Shown one piece after another: positions 25,801 through 39,300 of a DNA stretch of 64,000 bases. The stretch covers positions 71,300,001-71,364,000 of the forward strand of contig OX597816.1 in NCBI GenBank assembly GCA_951406725.2, read 5' to 3'. A program made the position numbers and the translations under genes. This DNA is from Octopus vulgaris (taxonomy: Eukaryota). Under the pieces are notes generated by a model. That model saw only the letters and a program-made list of their open reading frames with translations. It made no database searches and was not told where the DNA came from. Within the stretch, counting starts at the first letter, position 1. Each line of letters opens with the position of its first letter.

Positions 25801-28800
25801 TGTGCCGGTGGCACATAAAAAGCACCATTCAAATGTGATCGTTACCAGCATCGCCTTACTGGCACTTGTGCCAGTGGTACGTGAAAAACATTCAAGCGAG
25901 GTCGTTGACAGTGCAGCTGGACTGGCCCCTGTGCAGGTACCATGTAAAAATCACCACTTGAGCGTGGCCGTTAGCAGTACCACCAGACTGGCCCTCATGC
26001 TGTTGGTATGTAAAAGCACCCACTATACTCTCGGAGTGGTTGGCATTAAGAAGGGCATCCAACTGTAGAAACTCTGCCAGATCAGAGTGGAGCCTGGTGC
26101 AGCCATCTGGTTCGCCAGTCCTCAGTGAAATCGTCCAACCCATGCTAGCATGGAAAGCAGATGTTAAATGATGATGATATTTATCACACCACTGTTAAAA
26201 AAGACTTAAACACTGTTTCTTTTTAATCAGTGTCACATATATATAATGACATAGACAAACACACACATGCAAACATGCCTGTCAAGCCTCCATTTAGTTT
26301 GTGTCTCCATTGGTCACCTTGAGTTTATAGTTACAGCAGAAGATGCCACCAAAATGCCTCACGGTGGGACTGAACCAGAAACCACCCGTTTCAAATCCTT
26401 CCACAATACATGCTTGCAATGAATTCATACAAAGCAATTAAAAATATTCCAAGTATATATAATTTTTTTTTTTAAGTTCCAGCTCAGAGCTGTGGCCATG
26501 CTGATGCACCGCCGTTATATATTTATATATAACATTGAAGGGACATGGTTTAGTGGCTTGAGTATTTGGCTTTCAACCATAAGGTTGTAAGTTTGATTCC
26601 TAGTGGGGAGGGGGGGGCATCGTCTTTGAGCAAGACAATTTATTTTATGTTGCTCCAGTCCTCTCACTTGGCAAAAATGTGCTTTACCTGTAATTCAAAT
26701 GGCTAGTCCTGTCACATTCTGTGTTATTCTGAATCTCCCTGAGAACTATGTTAAAAGTTTGTGTGTCTGCGGAGTACTCAGCCCCTTGCACATTAATTCC
26801 ATGAACAGCTGTTCTGTAGATCTGATCGGCTGCAACCCTCGTCGTCCTAACCATCAAATTGCCAGTTATGTATTTATTATTTTGCTGAAGTTTCTGTTAT
26901 TTCATTGTTTTGGACATGGTTTGAAATGAGTTTTTTTGCAATATCTTCCTGCAGAACTTTTCCGATGTGGATTCTCTGAGCAGAGATTCCAGTCCTCGGT
27001 CAACTCTCCCTGTTATGTCATCAACACCACCCCTCTCTTCGAAATTGCTTCCTACAACTGCTCCTTCCACTTTCACCCCTGCAGCAGTGACAACAGCAGC
27101 ATCTACTAACGCTCCGAGATTGGTAACGACAGTGACAGCAGCAGCAACAACAACAACAGCAACAACAACAACAGCAACAACAGATGAAGCACCAGTGTCA
27201 GCCAATTCTGACACAACCACCAATTCAATAGAAACAACACCACCACCACCAGCTGACGCAGAAACAACAACAGTAAGAAGACCCATTTTAGAAGTAGCAT
27301 CAGATTCTATATCAACTAGTATAACCTCCTCTTCTACTCCTACAACCATTACTACTACTACTACTTCTATTGCAACAACTACTACTACTACAGCATTAAT
27401 AGCAGAAACAACAGCTGGTACCTCTTCAACAGCTTGTACCTCTTCAACAGCTTGTACCTCTTCAACGGCTTGTACCTCTTCAACGGCTTGTACCTCTTCA
27501 ACGGCTTGTACCTCTTCAACGGCTTGTACCTCTTCAACAGCTTGTACCTCTTCAACAGCTGGTACCTCTTCAACAGCTTGTACTTCTATCCTCAACACTT
27601 GTGCCGCTACTAACATCATTTCTGATGCTAACATTAGTAGTTCAACTACAATCATTGACTCTGGTCTCCCTACGGACACTTTAACAGGATCTAACACTCT
27701 TAACACATCAGGGTCGGATCTCTCAGATTCTCCTCTGCCAGGTAATCAAGTATGTATCGATTGCTTAACGCTAGTCCAACCATTATCAAAACTCCCTTCT
27801 CATCTCGCCTCACCTTTTTCTTCTGACCTTCCTGGTCTTTCTCATAAATCCTTGCTGTCTACTGACCCCTACTTTTGAACTGCTTATACTTAATGTCTCC
27901 CTCTGTCTGTTGCCTGCCAAACTGCTTGCCTATCCCCAGTCCTGCCCATTGCCTGTCTGTTTGTCTGTCTCCTTTCCATTGCTTCTCTCTCCACGTCCAC
28001 TGCCACTCTTTTTCCTTTTCACTATCTTGCTTTCTCTTCTCTTCCCACTGCACCTGACCATGGTCCTCTTCTCTGACCTCTCTCTCCACTGCCAGTCTCT
28101 CTCTTTTATACTCTCTGATCCTCAACCTACATCAACCTGAAGCACTTCATCTTGTAGCTTCTCTTCCCGATTGCTTCTGAAATATAAATGGCTGCAAGGT
28201 GAAGGCATGGCTCTATGGTTAACAAGTTTGCTTCCCAATCAGATGGTTTTGGATTCAGTTCCTCTTTGTGGCATTTTGGGCAAGTGTTTTCTTCTACAGC
28301 CCCTGGCTGACCATAACTTTGTGAGTGATTTGGTAGAGGGAAAACCAAAAGAAGCTTATATATATATATATGTAAGTAGAGAGTAATATAAAAACATTAC
28401 GAATGATATATTATAAATAATTAAGATTATTTATGAATATATCAATGGCCAAACATGCTATCATAAAATATGAAGAAAAATGTTTATAATTATGAACAAG
28501 TCACAATCATATATATATAAACTAATTATTTGGACCTTGGGTATATGGTTAGTAGTATACCGATTAAAGCACTTTCACTGTATCGGCTATCTGATGTCAT
28601 CCATAGTTTTGATATAAGTGTCACTGGATCTACCTCAGGAATTCTGCAGTGTTCGTTGAGTTTAGATTCAGTGACATTCATTGAGGTAGATATATGTGAT
28701 ATATGTGTGTGTGTGTGTGCGTATATATATATATATATATATTTATATGTGCATGCAAGCACACACACACACACAGCGTGACCCAGAAGTCATAAAGGGG

Positions 28801-29791
28801 TCTGAAATTTTAATAAATTGTTGATTGTTTTTTTTATTTGTAATTTACAAGATGTAATTTTTTTCACCTAATATATATATATTTCCTAGTTATATGCATA
28901 CAGAGTGCAGTGAATAAACTGTTATCTAAATTATGCAAAAATGAAAATAACACTGATATCTCATTTTAACAGATATATTTTTCCAAAATTACATGAAAAT
29001 ATCTTGAAATACTAAAGAGTAAGTGTAATCATTAAAATCACCATTAGCTTCAACTACAACCTCCAAACGGCTTTGGAATCTCCTGCAACTCTTCTGGGCA
29101 GTCTCCTTGTTTAAGCTGGTGAATCTGCCATGATCCTTGCCTTCAGTTCATCTTTGGTGTTACAAGGAATTTTGTTAGTCTCTTGCTCAACTGTGCCTCA
29201 TGCATAATAATGAAGGGAGTTGCAGTCTGGGGAGTTAGGTGGCCAGATGTTAAGAGTGATGTGGTTGTAGAAATTGTCTGATATCCATGACTGGGTTCTC
29301 TTGCTTGTATGATATGGTGCAGAGTCCTGTTGCTAGACATAGGGTCTTCCAGCAGCCACTCTCTTGACCTAGGGCAGCACTACCTCCTCCAGGCACTTGA
29401 TGTAGGCTTGCGTGTTGAGTGTGAGGCCATGTGAGAAGATAAATGGGGGCATAACATTGCAATCACTAGTGAGCATTCCAAACGCCATGATGTTGACTGG
29501 ATGTTTGATATTTTATCACTCTCGGTACATGTCCTCAGACTGACACCCAAACACTGTGAAATGTTTGAATTGGAGTTTCTGGTGCAAATGCCAAGCAGTA
29601 CGGCATGTCGTTTCCAAATCCCTGGCAGAGTGAATTGCATAATGGTGTTCTTTTTCTGACAGATGGTGCCTAACTGACCCTACAGTACTTTGTAATCAAC
29701 AAAATCAAACTGAACAATGTACATGTACAAAATAAAAAATATAAAATGGCAACAATTTACCCATCACACCCTATGTATGTATGTATATATA

Positions 29792-29827
<36 letters not shown>

Positions 29828-30615
29828 TAGATGTGCCTGTGCTTGTAGGGTGCCAAGAGCACCATCCGAGCGTGATCGTCGCCAGAGCAGCCAACTGGAT
29901 ACTGTACCCGTGGCACGTAAAAAGGCACCATTCGAGCGTGATCGTTGCCAACATCGCTTCACTGGCACATGTAAAAAGATTCAAGTGAGGTCATTGCCAG
30001 TACCACCTGACTGGCCCTTATGTCAGTGGCACGTAAAAAGCACCCACTACACTCTCAGAGTGGTTGGCTTTAGGAAGGGCATCCAGCTGTAGAAACTCTG
30101 CCAGATCAAGATTGGAGCCTGGTGCAGCCATCTGGTTCGCCAGCCCTCAGTCGAAATCGTCCAACCCATGCTAGCATGGAAAGCGGACATTAAACGATGA
30201 TGATGGTGATAGATATAGATACACACACACACATACACACACATATATACTGTATATGGTGCTAAGGTATTGTAAATTTAAAACAGAACATAAATGAATT
30301 ATTAACACCTTTGTGACTTTTGGGCCAGATTGTCTATGAGTGTGTTGTTTGTTTCCCTTTGTCTTGATATGATGTGATATTTGTAGATAAGTGTCACTGT
30401 CATACAAGCAGTGTCATTCATTTCCAGTCTGCCATGAAAGTGTGTTCATCTATGGGGAGTTATTACCCGATTTTGAAACAGATGAGAGTTGACAACGGGA
30501 AAGGCATCTGGCCATAGAAAATCTGCCTCAATAAATACCGTCAGACTCATGCAGACATGGAGAAGTGGACATTAGAAATAATTATGATGATGTGTGTGTG
30601 TATATATATATATGT

Positions 30616-30648
<33 letters not shown>

Positions 30649-30817
30649 TATATCTATATATATATATATTTAAAATCAAATAAGGGTAGAAATTGATATT
30701 AATCAATTAAAACCAGTGGCCTAGCATATTTAAAAAAAATTCGAAGATTATGTTAGGCCACTGGTTTTAATTGATTAATATCAATTTCTACCCTTATTTA
30801 ATTTTAAATAAATTTTG

Positions 30818-30873
<56 letters not shown>

Positions 30874-33800
30874 TATGCAAGCACTCGCACACACACACAC
30901 ACCCTGCAGCATGACTACCTTTAACTTGTGAATGCGCTCTTCAGTTCCCGGTGCATGCAACTTCTGTATTGTGTTGCTGTTGCATGACCATGGCCCTCAC
31001 TTATGAATGTCGTCTTCGGTCTTCTATAGCTACTATTGTACTGCTGAAACATGGCTGTTATTGCTGTTGTCACTTTACTAACTGTGCCTGACTTCAAATT
31101 TACTTTACGGTCTTGTTATGACACAACTCATTTGTATGTTGGCCTTGTCATCTCACAGTTTATTTATTTTACTATACTACTACTACTCGAACTACCACAA
31201 CATCAGTACAGTATGACCACTATTATTATCACCATCTGCACTACTATTACTGCTGCTACATTATCGTGTATGTTGTTTAAGTAATGATTTCAAACTAAAC
31301 ACATTAAGTTCAGAAATATTAAGAAATTTAATTTTTCAGTTTGAGGGCTCGCACTTTCTATGGTCATTCAAAACCGTCCAAGGGTGGTCGTGCACATCTT
31401 TACATTTCTCCAGTCACCCCGCAAAGCCTTTAACCCTTTCGTTACCAAACCGCCCAAAGCCGCCCGAAAAAAATTTTGGTTTATGAGACCAAACCGCCCA
31501 AAGCCGCCCGAATTTACCTATTCATATTTAAATGAGAATATCAGAGCAAATCTCTTCAGTCCATTCGTGAAAACACATATTATACTTCGTAAACAGTTCA
31601 ACTACAGTTTTGTACAATAATCGAAGTGTAATTTTAATTCCGTGAATTTTGGGAGATTTTTTTCCGAAATTTGTTCCTATTGTATTTTCAAAATTTATAA
31701 TTCTGACAAAAAATGGATACAAATTCCATTATATCAAGCAGCGAGTCAGAATTCGAAGGATTTTCTACTGAAGACCTTGATAAATCTAACTCTATGACTG
31801 AAAAAAAAAAGCACATGGTATTTGATAATGAATCTGATGTCTCATTTTCCGAAAGTGAAAACAGTGAATCTGAGATCTCCGACAGCGATAAAGAAAACGA
31901 ATTGGCACCTGAATGGAGTGAAAATTTAAAAACTGTTTCTTTCGGTGATTTTTCTGAAGAAACTGGACCAAGCCACAGACTTTCGCAGAAGGGTAAAGCC
32001 TTAAACTATTTCTATTTACTTTTTCGAATGAGCCTATTTGAAATCATTACAGCGAAAACGAACCGTTACGCTAAACGTAAACAAAGCGAAAGAAACGATA
32101 GTTTGTGGTTTCCCACAACCTTAAATGAAATTAAGGCCTATTTTGCCGTAAATATTATTATGGGTATCAGAAAGTTACCCAGAATAACAAATTCTATCGT
32201 AAAATTTTGTTGTATACCCAATTGAATATTAGCTAATAACCCATTTTCTATAGCGATGTTTGAACAAAATTTTAATAATATTATATTTTGTGGAATTTAC
32301 CTGTATCTACCTGCAATTAGTCACTTTGTGACAAAAATTATAGTATAGAATTGGTTGAGAATATTTCATTAAATTATCTTCCAAAAATCAGATAAATATA
32401 TCGATAAATAAAAAAGTTATAGTCGTTTAATGAAACCAGACTAAATTTATGATTACGTTAGAAATTAATTGAAACACATAAGGGGTGTAATTTGGTCAGA
32501 AATATAGTAACGAAAGGGTTAAAAAATCAATAGAAGTGACCTTTTTGTGAATTTTCTATCTAAAACCCAATCAAAATGCCCAAAACTTGATACGCCAGTT
32601 GAATGCCAGCTAGGTGTATGTGATTGGTCGGAGATTTGGACAGTACTCGCGTGTATGTGTGCATGCATGCAGCTGTATATGCATGCACTAGCACTATGAC
32701 CCTATGTTGCCGGGTCATAGCGCTAGTAGATTTTAACTGGCAGCAATCTACCACATATATAAATTAGTATAAGGCTATCTGGACATTTTCCCAATGTACT
32801 TATACTTAGGACAATACTATTACACACACACACACACAATCATAACCACTGTCATGCATGCTACAACTACCATCACACCACTACAGCCATTGTCATGCTA
32901 CCGCTATGACAATCACACACTGCAGTAACCATCAATGGTATACTTCAACCACCATCCTATCTCTACGACTATCTTGACAGTTATCACTTCAACCAGCATC
33001 ACAGCTACTGTCACATCAACTCATATCTCAGCACATTGCCAGCACCCTGCTATCGCTCTACCTCCACCACCATATACTGTCATAACTACCATCATAGCCA
33101 TCATCACTATAAACCCTGTTGCTGTCTGCTCTACAGGTTAACAGCCACCACACACCTATCTACTCTGAAAGTAGTGAGTACAGCTCAATTCAAAAGACTC
33201 GAAACCCATCTATTCTCTTCTCTCCAATATATTTCCACTACTTCGTCTTTCGTCCAGTCAATTCCGTATTTACTTCTGTCAATTTTGTCCGTCTTTTTAA
33301 ACATATTTAACAAAAACAATCTTTTCTCATGTTTTATTTATTATATACATTTCAGCCAAGTGTCATGGCTTGCTGCCAATTAGGTGATGTTTCCATTTTT
33401 ATAATTTCACTGCTAAATATTACTTTTTTTTTTAATCATTAAAATCTAATTTAACGAGATATTGAGAATATTTAGAGATAAGTCTAAATTTTCCCTCGAA
33501 ATAATTATCACCACCTCTACTACTAGTAGTACTACTTTTAATTTGTGATGACCTCCACTTACATAAGTACAAATTAATGTTTAGTTTATTAACATATTAA
33601 ATAACTCTATAGGCAGCATGTCTTAGCTTTTCACTTCATTCTCACTTTGGCTGATCTTTGACAAGCTTTTAGTTCTTATTTCTCTAAACATTTCCTTAGG
33701 TATCCTTCTGATTTTCTAGCTGGATTGTGATGATCTCAGCAAATGTTCAAGTCAGAAATGTTGACTTCATTCTCAACATCAGTTGTTATTGTCGTTGGGA

Positions 33801-35226
33801 GGTTTAACATCTATTTCTAGCATGTCTTGGCTCCATCAGCTTCAGTTTGGTGTGAAGTGTCATTTTCTTAACTTGGTTCTATGCCTGAAGATTTCTCCAG
33901 CATTGTGTTAAAACTTCTGTTCACTAACTAATATTTAATTCATCAACTATAGTGAAGTAGTTAGATGATTTGTCTGTCTACTGCAGTTCTTGACTAGATT
34001 GCTTCATTGTGTCATGTTTATGAACTCTCTGTTTTTGAGTTCAAATCCTGCTATGGCTGATTTTTACTTTTTATCTGTTTTGCATGATAAAATAAAAACA
34101 GTACCAACGACATAACTAAATACACCTGATCCTCTCTCTCTCTCCTTTTTGTGTCTCTCTTTCCTTTCCCTCTTACTAACTCTCTCCTCTCTCTGACACT
34201 GACTTTGTGCCTATGCCAGCAGAATTCAGTATTTATCACCTGAAACCTAAATAAATATACGAATGGCTTATATTTCATTTTAGCCCATTTTGTATCCCTA
34301 TTTACCTATTTCCTTGTCACAGATATGTTGTGTGGTTGAGACTCACATGGTTTAGGGTTGTCCTTCACATACACAAAACCACTCGTGTAGACACTTTCAG
34401 TTGATAATCTAGTATTACAGCTGCAGATTGACAAATACTTTGGGAATAAAATTTGGTTGATGCAAACCCATCCATCGTATATATGAGTGTGTATGCATGT
34501 GTGTGTGTGTATATATGCATGAGTGAGTGCATGTGTTACCCTTTGTCTCAACACATTCACTCTAACTGTAAACATATGAGTGATGTTGATCATTTCCATT
34601 GTTCTGTACAAAAGATGTCTGGCCATGGGGAAACCTTACCTTACTTAGAATCAGGTGAGGGTAGGCAACAGGAAGGGCATCCAACCATAGAAAATCTGAT
34701 CTGCCTCTACAAATTCCATCAGTCCCATGAAAGCATGGGAAAATGGATGGTAAATGATTTCATATATATATAAGTTCAGCAAAATTTAGATTCAGATGAA
34801 TATGGTACTTAAGTTAAAGGCACCAGAATTTTGTATGGTATTATCCATATAAATCAAATGGGGTGATTATAATCAAAATAATATCCAAGGTAGCGTAGTA
34901 CAATTGTTTCATGCTACTTCATTTTATTAAACACTGTAAGTATTATATCAGTTTTAAAATGTCGAGCAATCTTCAGCCAAATATAGAATTTTCCAATTAA
35001 ACGGACAATGCACATTCTTATCCCTATTTCATTTGCCAACATTATAAAGAGGGTAGATATATAGACAGAGATATATGTGCATTGTCCGTTTAATTGGAAA
35101 ATTCTATATTTGGTTGAAGATTGCTCGACATTTTAAAACTGATGTAATACTTAGTGTTTAATAAAATGAAGTAGCATGAAACAATTGTACTACTCTACCT
35201 TGGATATCCTTGTTGCTTATTTTGAG

Positions 35227-35274
<48 letters not shown>

Positions 35275-36129
35275 CATTTTATGTGACATCAGCACCAGTG
35301 CTTTTATGTAGCCTCATATATATGTGTGTGTGTGTGTGTGTGAATTTTCTAAGATTGAATTTATTAATGCTTTAGACATTAAGACTCCTTTGTCATTTGA
35401 TCTATGATTCATCAGCTTTCCTTAAAATGTGATTTGATGAGGGCAAAATTGATCTAATTGGTTGTCAGTTTCTCTTACCCTGTTTTTGGTTTTTCAAAGA
35501 CGGTTGAGGAGCATGTTGTTGTTGTTGTTGGTTCTTATTCATCTCAGAGTAATGTTTCTCTGTAGCTGTATGTATATATATGTGTGTGTGTGTGTGTACG
35601 TTCCAACTGTTACTTGAGTTTTATTTATATTTTGTGGGGGATGGGTGGGAGTGGGCTTCAGTGTGTGTGTGTGTGAGAGAGAGAGTCTTAAGTGTTGGGT
35701 TGCTGACTTAAATGTTTGTTTATCCCAACAACACACACATACACACAAATTCTCTCTCAGTCTCTCTCTCTCTCTCTCATCGTACTTCCCCACTTAACAG
35801 ATTAAAGCCATAAATATTAACATTACTCTTCGTTAAAGAAATCCAATTCTTTTTAAAAGACAAATTTTATTAACTCATCTTAGTTTAGTCAGTTTTCAAC
35901 ATTTCCAATAACTATTTACTCATTGCTACTCAATTACACAACATCATGTAATCATGATCATGATCATCATCATCACCACATAGAACTGTTTCCATGTTAA
36001 CCAGTATTTAGTGTGTCTGAATGAATATGTCACCAGAATTTCGGTGAGTCATAGTTTCTGTTTAGTAGATGTAGTCACCTGTCTGTTTCAATGTTCCTCA
36101 CCTGGCAGTTTATTTTTCTTTCAGCTTTA

Positions 36130-36169
<40 letters not shown>

Positions 36170-36324
36170 AATCCAACCCCTTTTTAATAGCAATTCTGTC
36201 ATCATCATCATCATCCCCTCTTTTGTCCCCCCCATCTCAATCATTTCAATTTGTGTTTTTTCCAAATATTTTTGTGTTTTGTTTGTTTAATGTTTAAAAT
36301 TTATTTTGTTGTTGCTATTATTAC

Positions 36325-36381
<57 letters not shown>

Positions 36382-39300
36382 GGCCGTGTGCTGACAGAGT
36401 CATAGTGGCATTTCATCCATCTTTGTGTTCGAGTTCAAATTCTGCCGTGGTTGATTTTGCCATTCATCCGGTCAGGGTTGATAGAATAAGTACCAGTTGA
36501 GCACAGGGGTCAATGTAACTGACTAGCCCTCACTCCCAAAATTGCTGGCCTTGTGCCAAAATTTGAAACCATCATCATCATCATTATTATTCTTAAGGCG
36601 CTGAACTGGCAGAATCATTAACATGCTGAGCAGAATGCTTTGCCATATTTCATTAATCTTTATGTTTTGAGTTCAAACTCCAATGAGGTCGGCTTTGCCT
36701 TTCATCCCTTCATGTAGTCAGTTGATATTGAGTTAGTGAGATGATGCTTTAGTTGAACAGGAATGCACCATGTTAGTCATATGACTCCCATTGCCTACAA
36801 TACAGAATCATATCTTTCTGTGAAGTATACCTTGCTTCATGGAAAGTCTGATTTTACTTCTCTCTCCTTTTTTCATAATGGTTTAGTCACAGGAGGGAGC
36901 CTCGTGCCCATAAACCCTTTCCAGGGCCTGCAATAATGGTGGGAGATGGTGGATGACCATGGTATCTTCAAACTGGAATTTGCAACAGATTGGACTCTAC
37001 AAAAAGTACACAAGGTCCAGGTTGTGGTACTGTACTGGACAGTGGATTTGTTTATCACTCATGAGGCTGTTGTAGAAGAGACTTGTCCAAAGTGCCAAGA
37101 AGTGGTACCAGGCATGAAGCTATGTAGTTGCTAGCTAACTTAAATACACAGCCACGCCAGGACTCCTGTTTGCATTGAATCGTTTGATGACAGGAACAAA
37201 TTACCCTTTTAGTTCAGAAACCAAACCTGACGCATTAATTTGGTGTGATATTTTGAAGGCATATGGCTTAGTGGTTAGAGCATTGGGCTCACAATCATGA
37301 GGTGGCGAGTTCAATTCCCAGACCAGGCTGTGCATTGTGTTTTTGGGTAAGACACTTTATTTCACGTTGCTCCAGTTCACTCAACTGTAGAAATGAGTTG
37401 CGATGTCACTGGTGCCAAGCTGTATCAGCCTTTCCCTAGGATAACATCGGTGGTATGGAGAGGGGAGGCTGGTATGTATGGGAGACTGCAACCATGCCCA
37501 GACTTGTGCCTCAGAGGGGAACTTTCTAGGTGCAATCCCATGGTCATTCATGACCGAAGGGAGCTTTTAACTCTTTGCCCTTTTATATTTTGACAAACTA
37601 AATAAATGGTTGGTGTGTGGCTGGAGACAGTATCTATCCAGAGATGCATCAGCATTACATGATGTAGTAATTAAGAAGCATAATATAAATTAATAATTCC
37701 TATTAAAAAATGAATATATAAAAAGTAGGAGAAGACAACCTTGAAATTTGAATTAATTAAAATAAATTATGGAATGTAGCCAGGAGTGAGTCTGGTGAGC
37801 AGTGCGGTAACAACTCCAGACATGTTTATTAGACCTCATCAGCAGAGCTTTATTTAACTGTTAATGCAGATCATGGATGATGAAATAAGTGTACAGGATT
37901 TTTGCGAATGAATACAGAGTGGTGTTGCAATTTAAAAATAAACAACCGGGGAAGATGACCCAGGAACGCTTGCTGCAAGAAAACACAAGATTAAAGTAGG
38001 TGCAAGCACATTTCATGTAGTTAACCTAGAAATTTTGATTGATATAAATTACACACTTTGTGATGAGGTCAATCATTAGCTAAGGGATTAATTATGATTA
38101 AAAAAAAAAAAAATTAAAAAGGGGAGTCAGGCAAAGCTAACTCAATGGGATTAGAATGTAATGAATTGAAAGAAATATCACGGGTCATCTTGACTGCTAT
38201 CCTAAAGATTCTGCTAATCCACTGAAATAATAATAATAATCCTTTCTACTATAGGCTGAGGGCCTGAAATTTTGGGTGGGGTAGTGGTTAGTTGGATACA
38301 TTGACCCCAGTGTTCAACTGGTATTTATTTCATTGACCCCCCAAAGAATAAAAAGCAAAGCCAACTTCAGCAGATTTTGAACTGAGAAGGTGAAGCTGGA
38401 AGAAATGCTGCAAAATATTTTGTCCAGTGCTGATATGATCCTGCCAGCTTGCCACCTTCATAATAATGATGATGATGATAATAATAATAATCCTTTCTAC
38501 TATAGGCACAAGGCCTGAAATTTGGGGAAGGGGACCAGTCAATTAGATCAACTCCAGTACACAACTGGTACTTAATGTATCGATCCTGAAAGGCAAAGTC
38601 AACCTCAGCAGAATTTGAACTCAGAACGTAAAGACAGACGAAATACCACCAAGCTTTTCGCCCGGTGTGCTATTGATTCTGCCAGCTCGCTGCCTTTATT
38701 ATAATAATAATAATAATAATAATATCATCATCATCATTATCGTCATCATCTTAAATCAGCAGATATATGTGATTTATCTGATGTGTAATTGAAATGTTTT
38801 GGTTTGTGAAATTATAATTTCTAATTTCATTCCTCATGTTGTTTTGCTTGGTGCATGTGTATGTATCTTAATTAACGAAGCTTTACACCTGTATGTATTT
38901 TGATTGTTCACCTGTTGTCTCATGTTCTCTTAAAATTGCATGCAGTGGTAAAAACAAACAAACAAACAATGTTAATATTTTTCATTTAACATCTAATATA
39001 ATTTGTTTCAATAACAATATTTCAGTCATTGATATCATTCTGATATATTGGGGTTTTTTAACTAATTAATTACATTTTGTTTCTCTTTTTTTTTCTTGTT
39101 TAATTATTTTTAAAATGGTTTCTAGCTTTGTTGCTGCGTTTCTTTAGCAAGGTTGTTAAAATATTTACTTAATGTTTTAGAAGGTTTATGAGTACACTTT
39201 TTGCTTCCCTGCAAAAAATGTCTTGAAAAAGCTCTATATACAAAGTTGGGTCTGAACTACTTTTCTTGACTATGTGCTGCTGAAATTGTGGTGCATCTAA

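Noticed and set aside
25740-26020. Repeat-spacer pattern resembling CRISPR
   Set aside because: Eukaryotic LINE 3' UTR modules; spacers are homologous to each other and there are no cas genes
26897-27706. 269-aa minus ORF with (AVEEVQ)n
   Set aside because: Antisense shadow of the low-complexity NISCH exon
37256-37330. tRNA-like sequence
   Set aside because: SINE head; no intact cloverleaf and it continues into the SINE body
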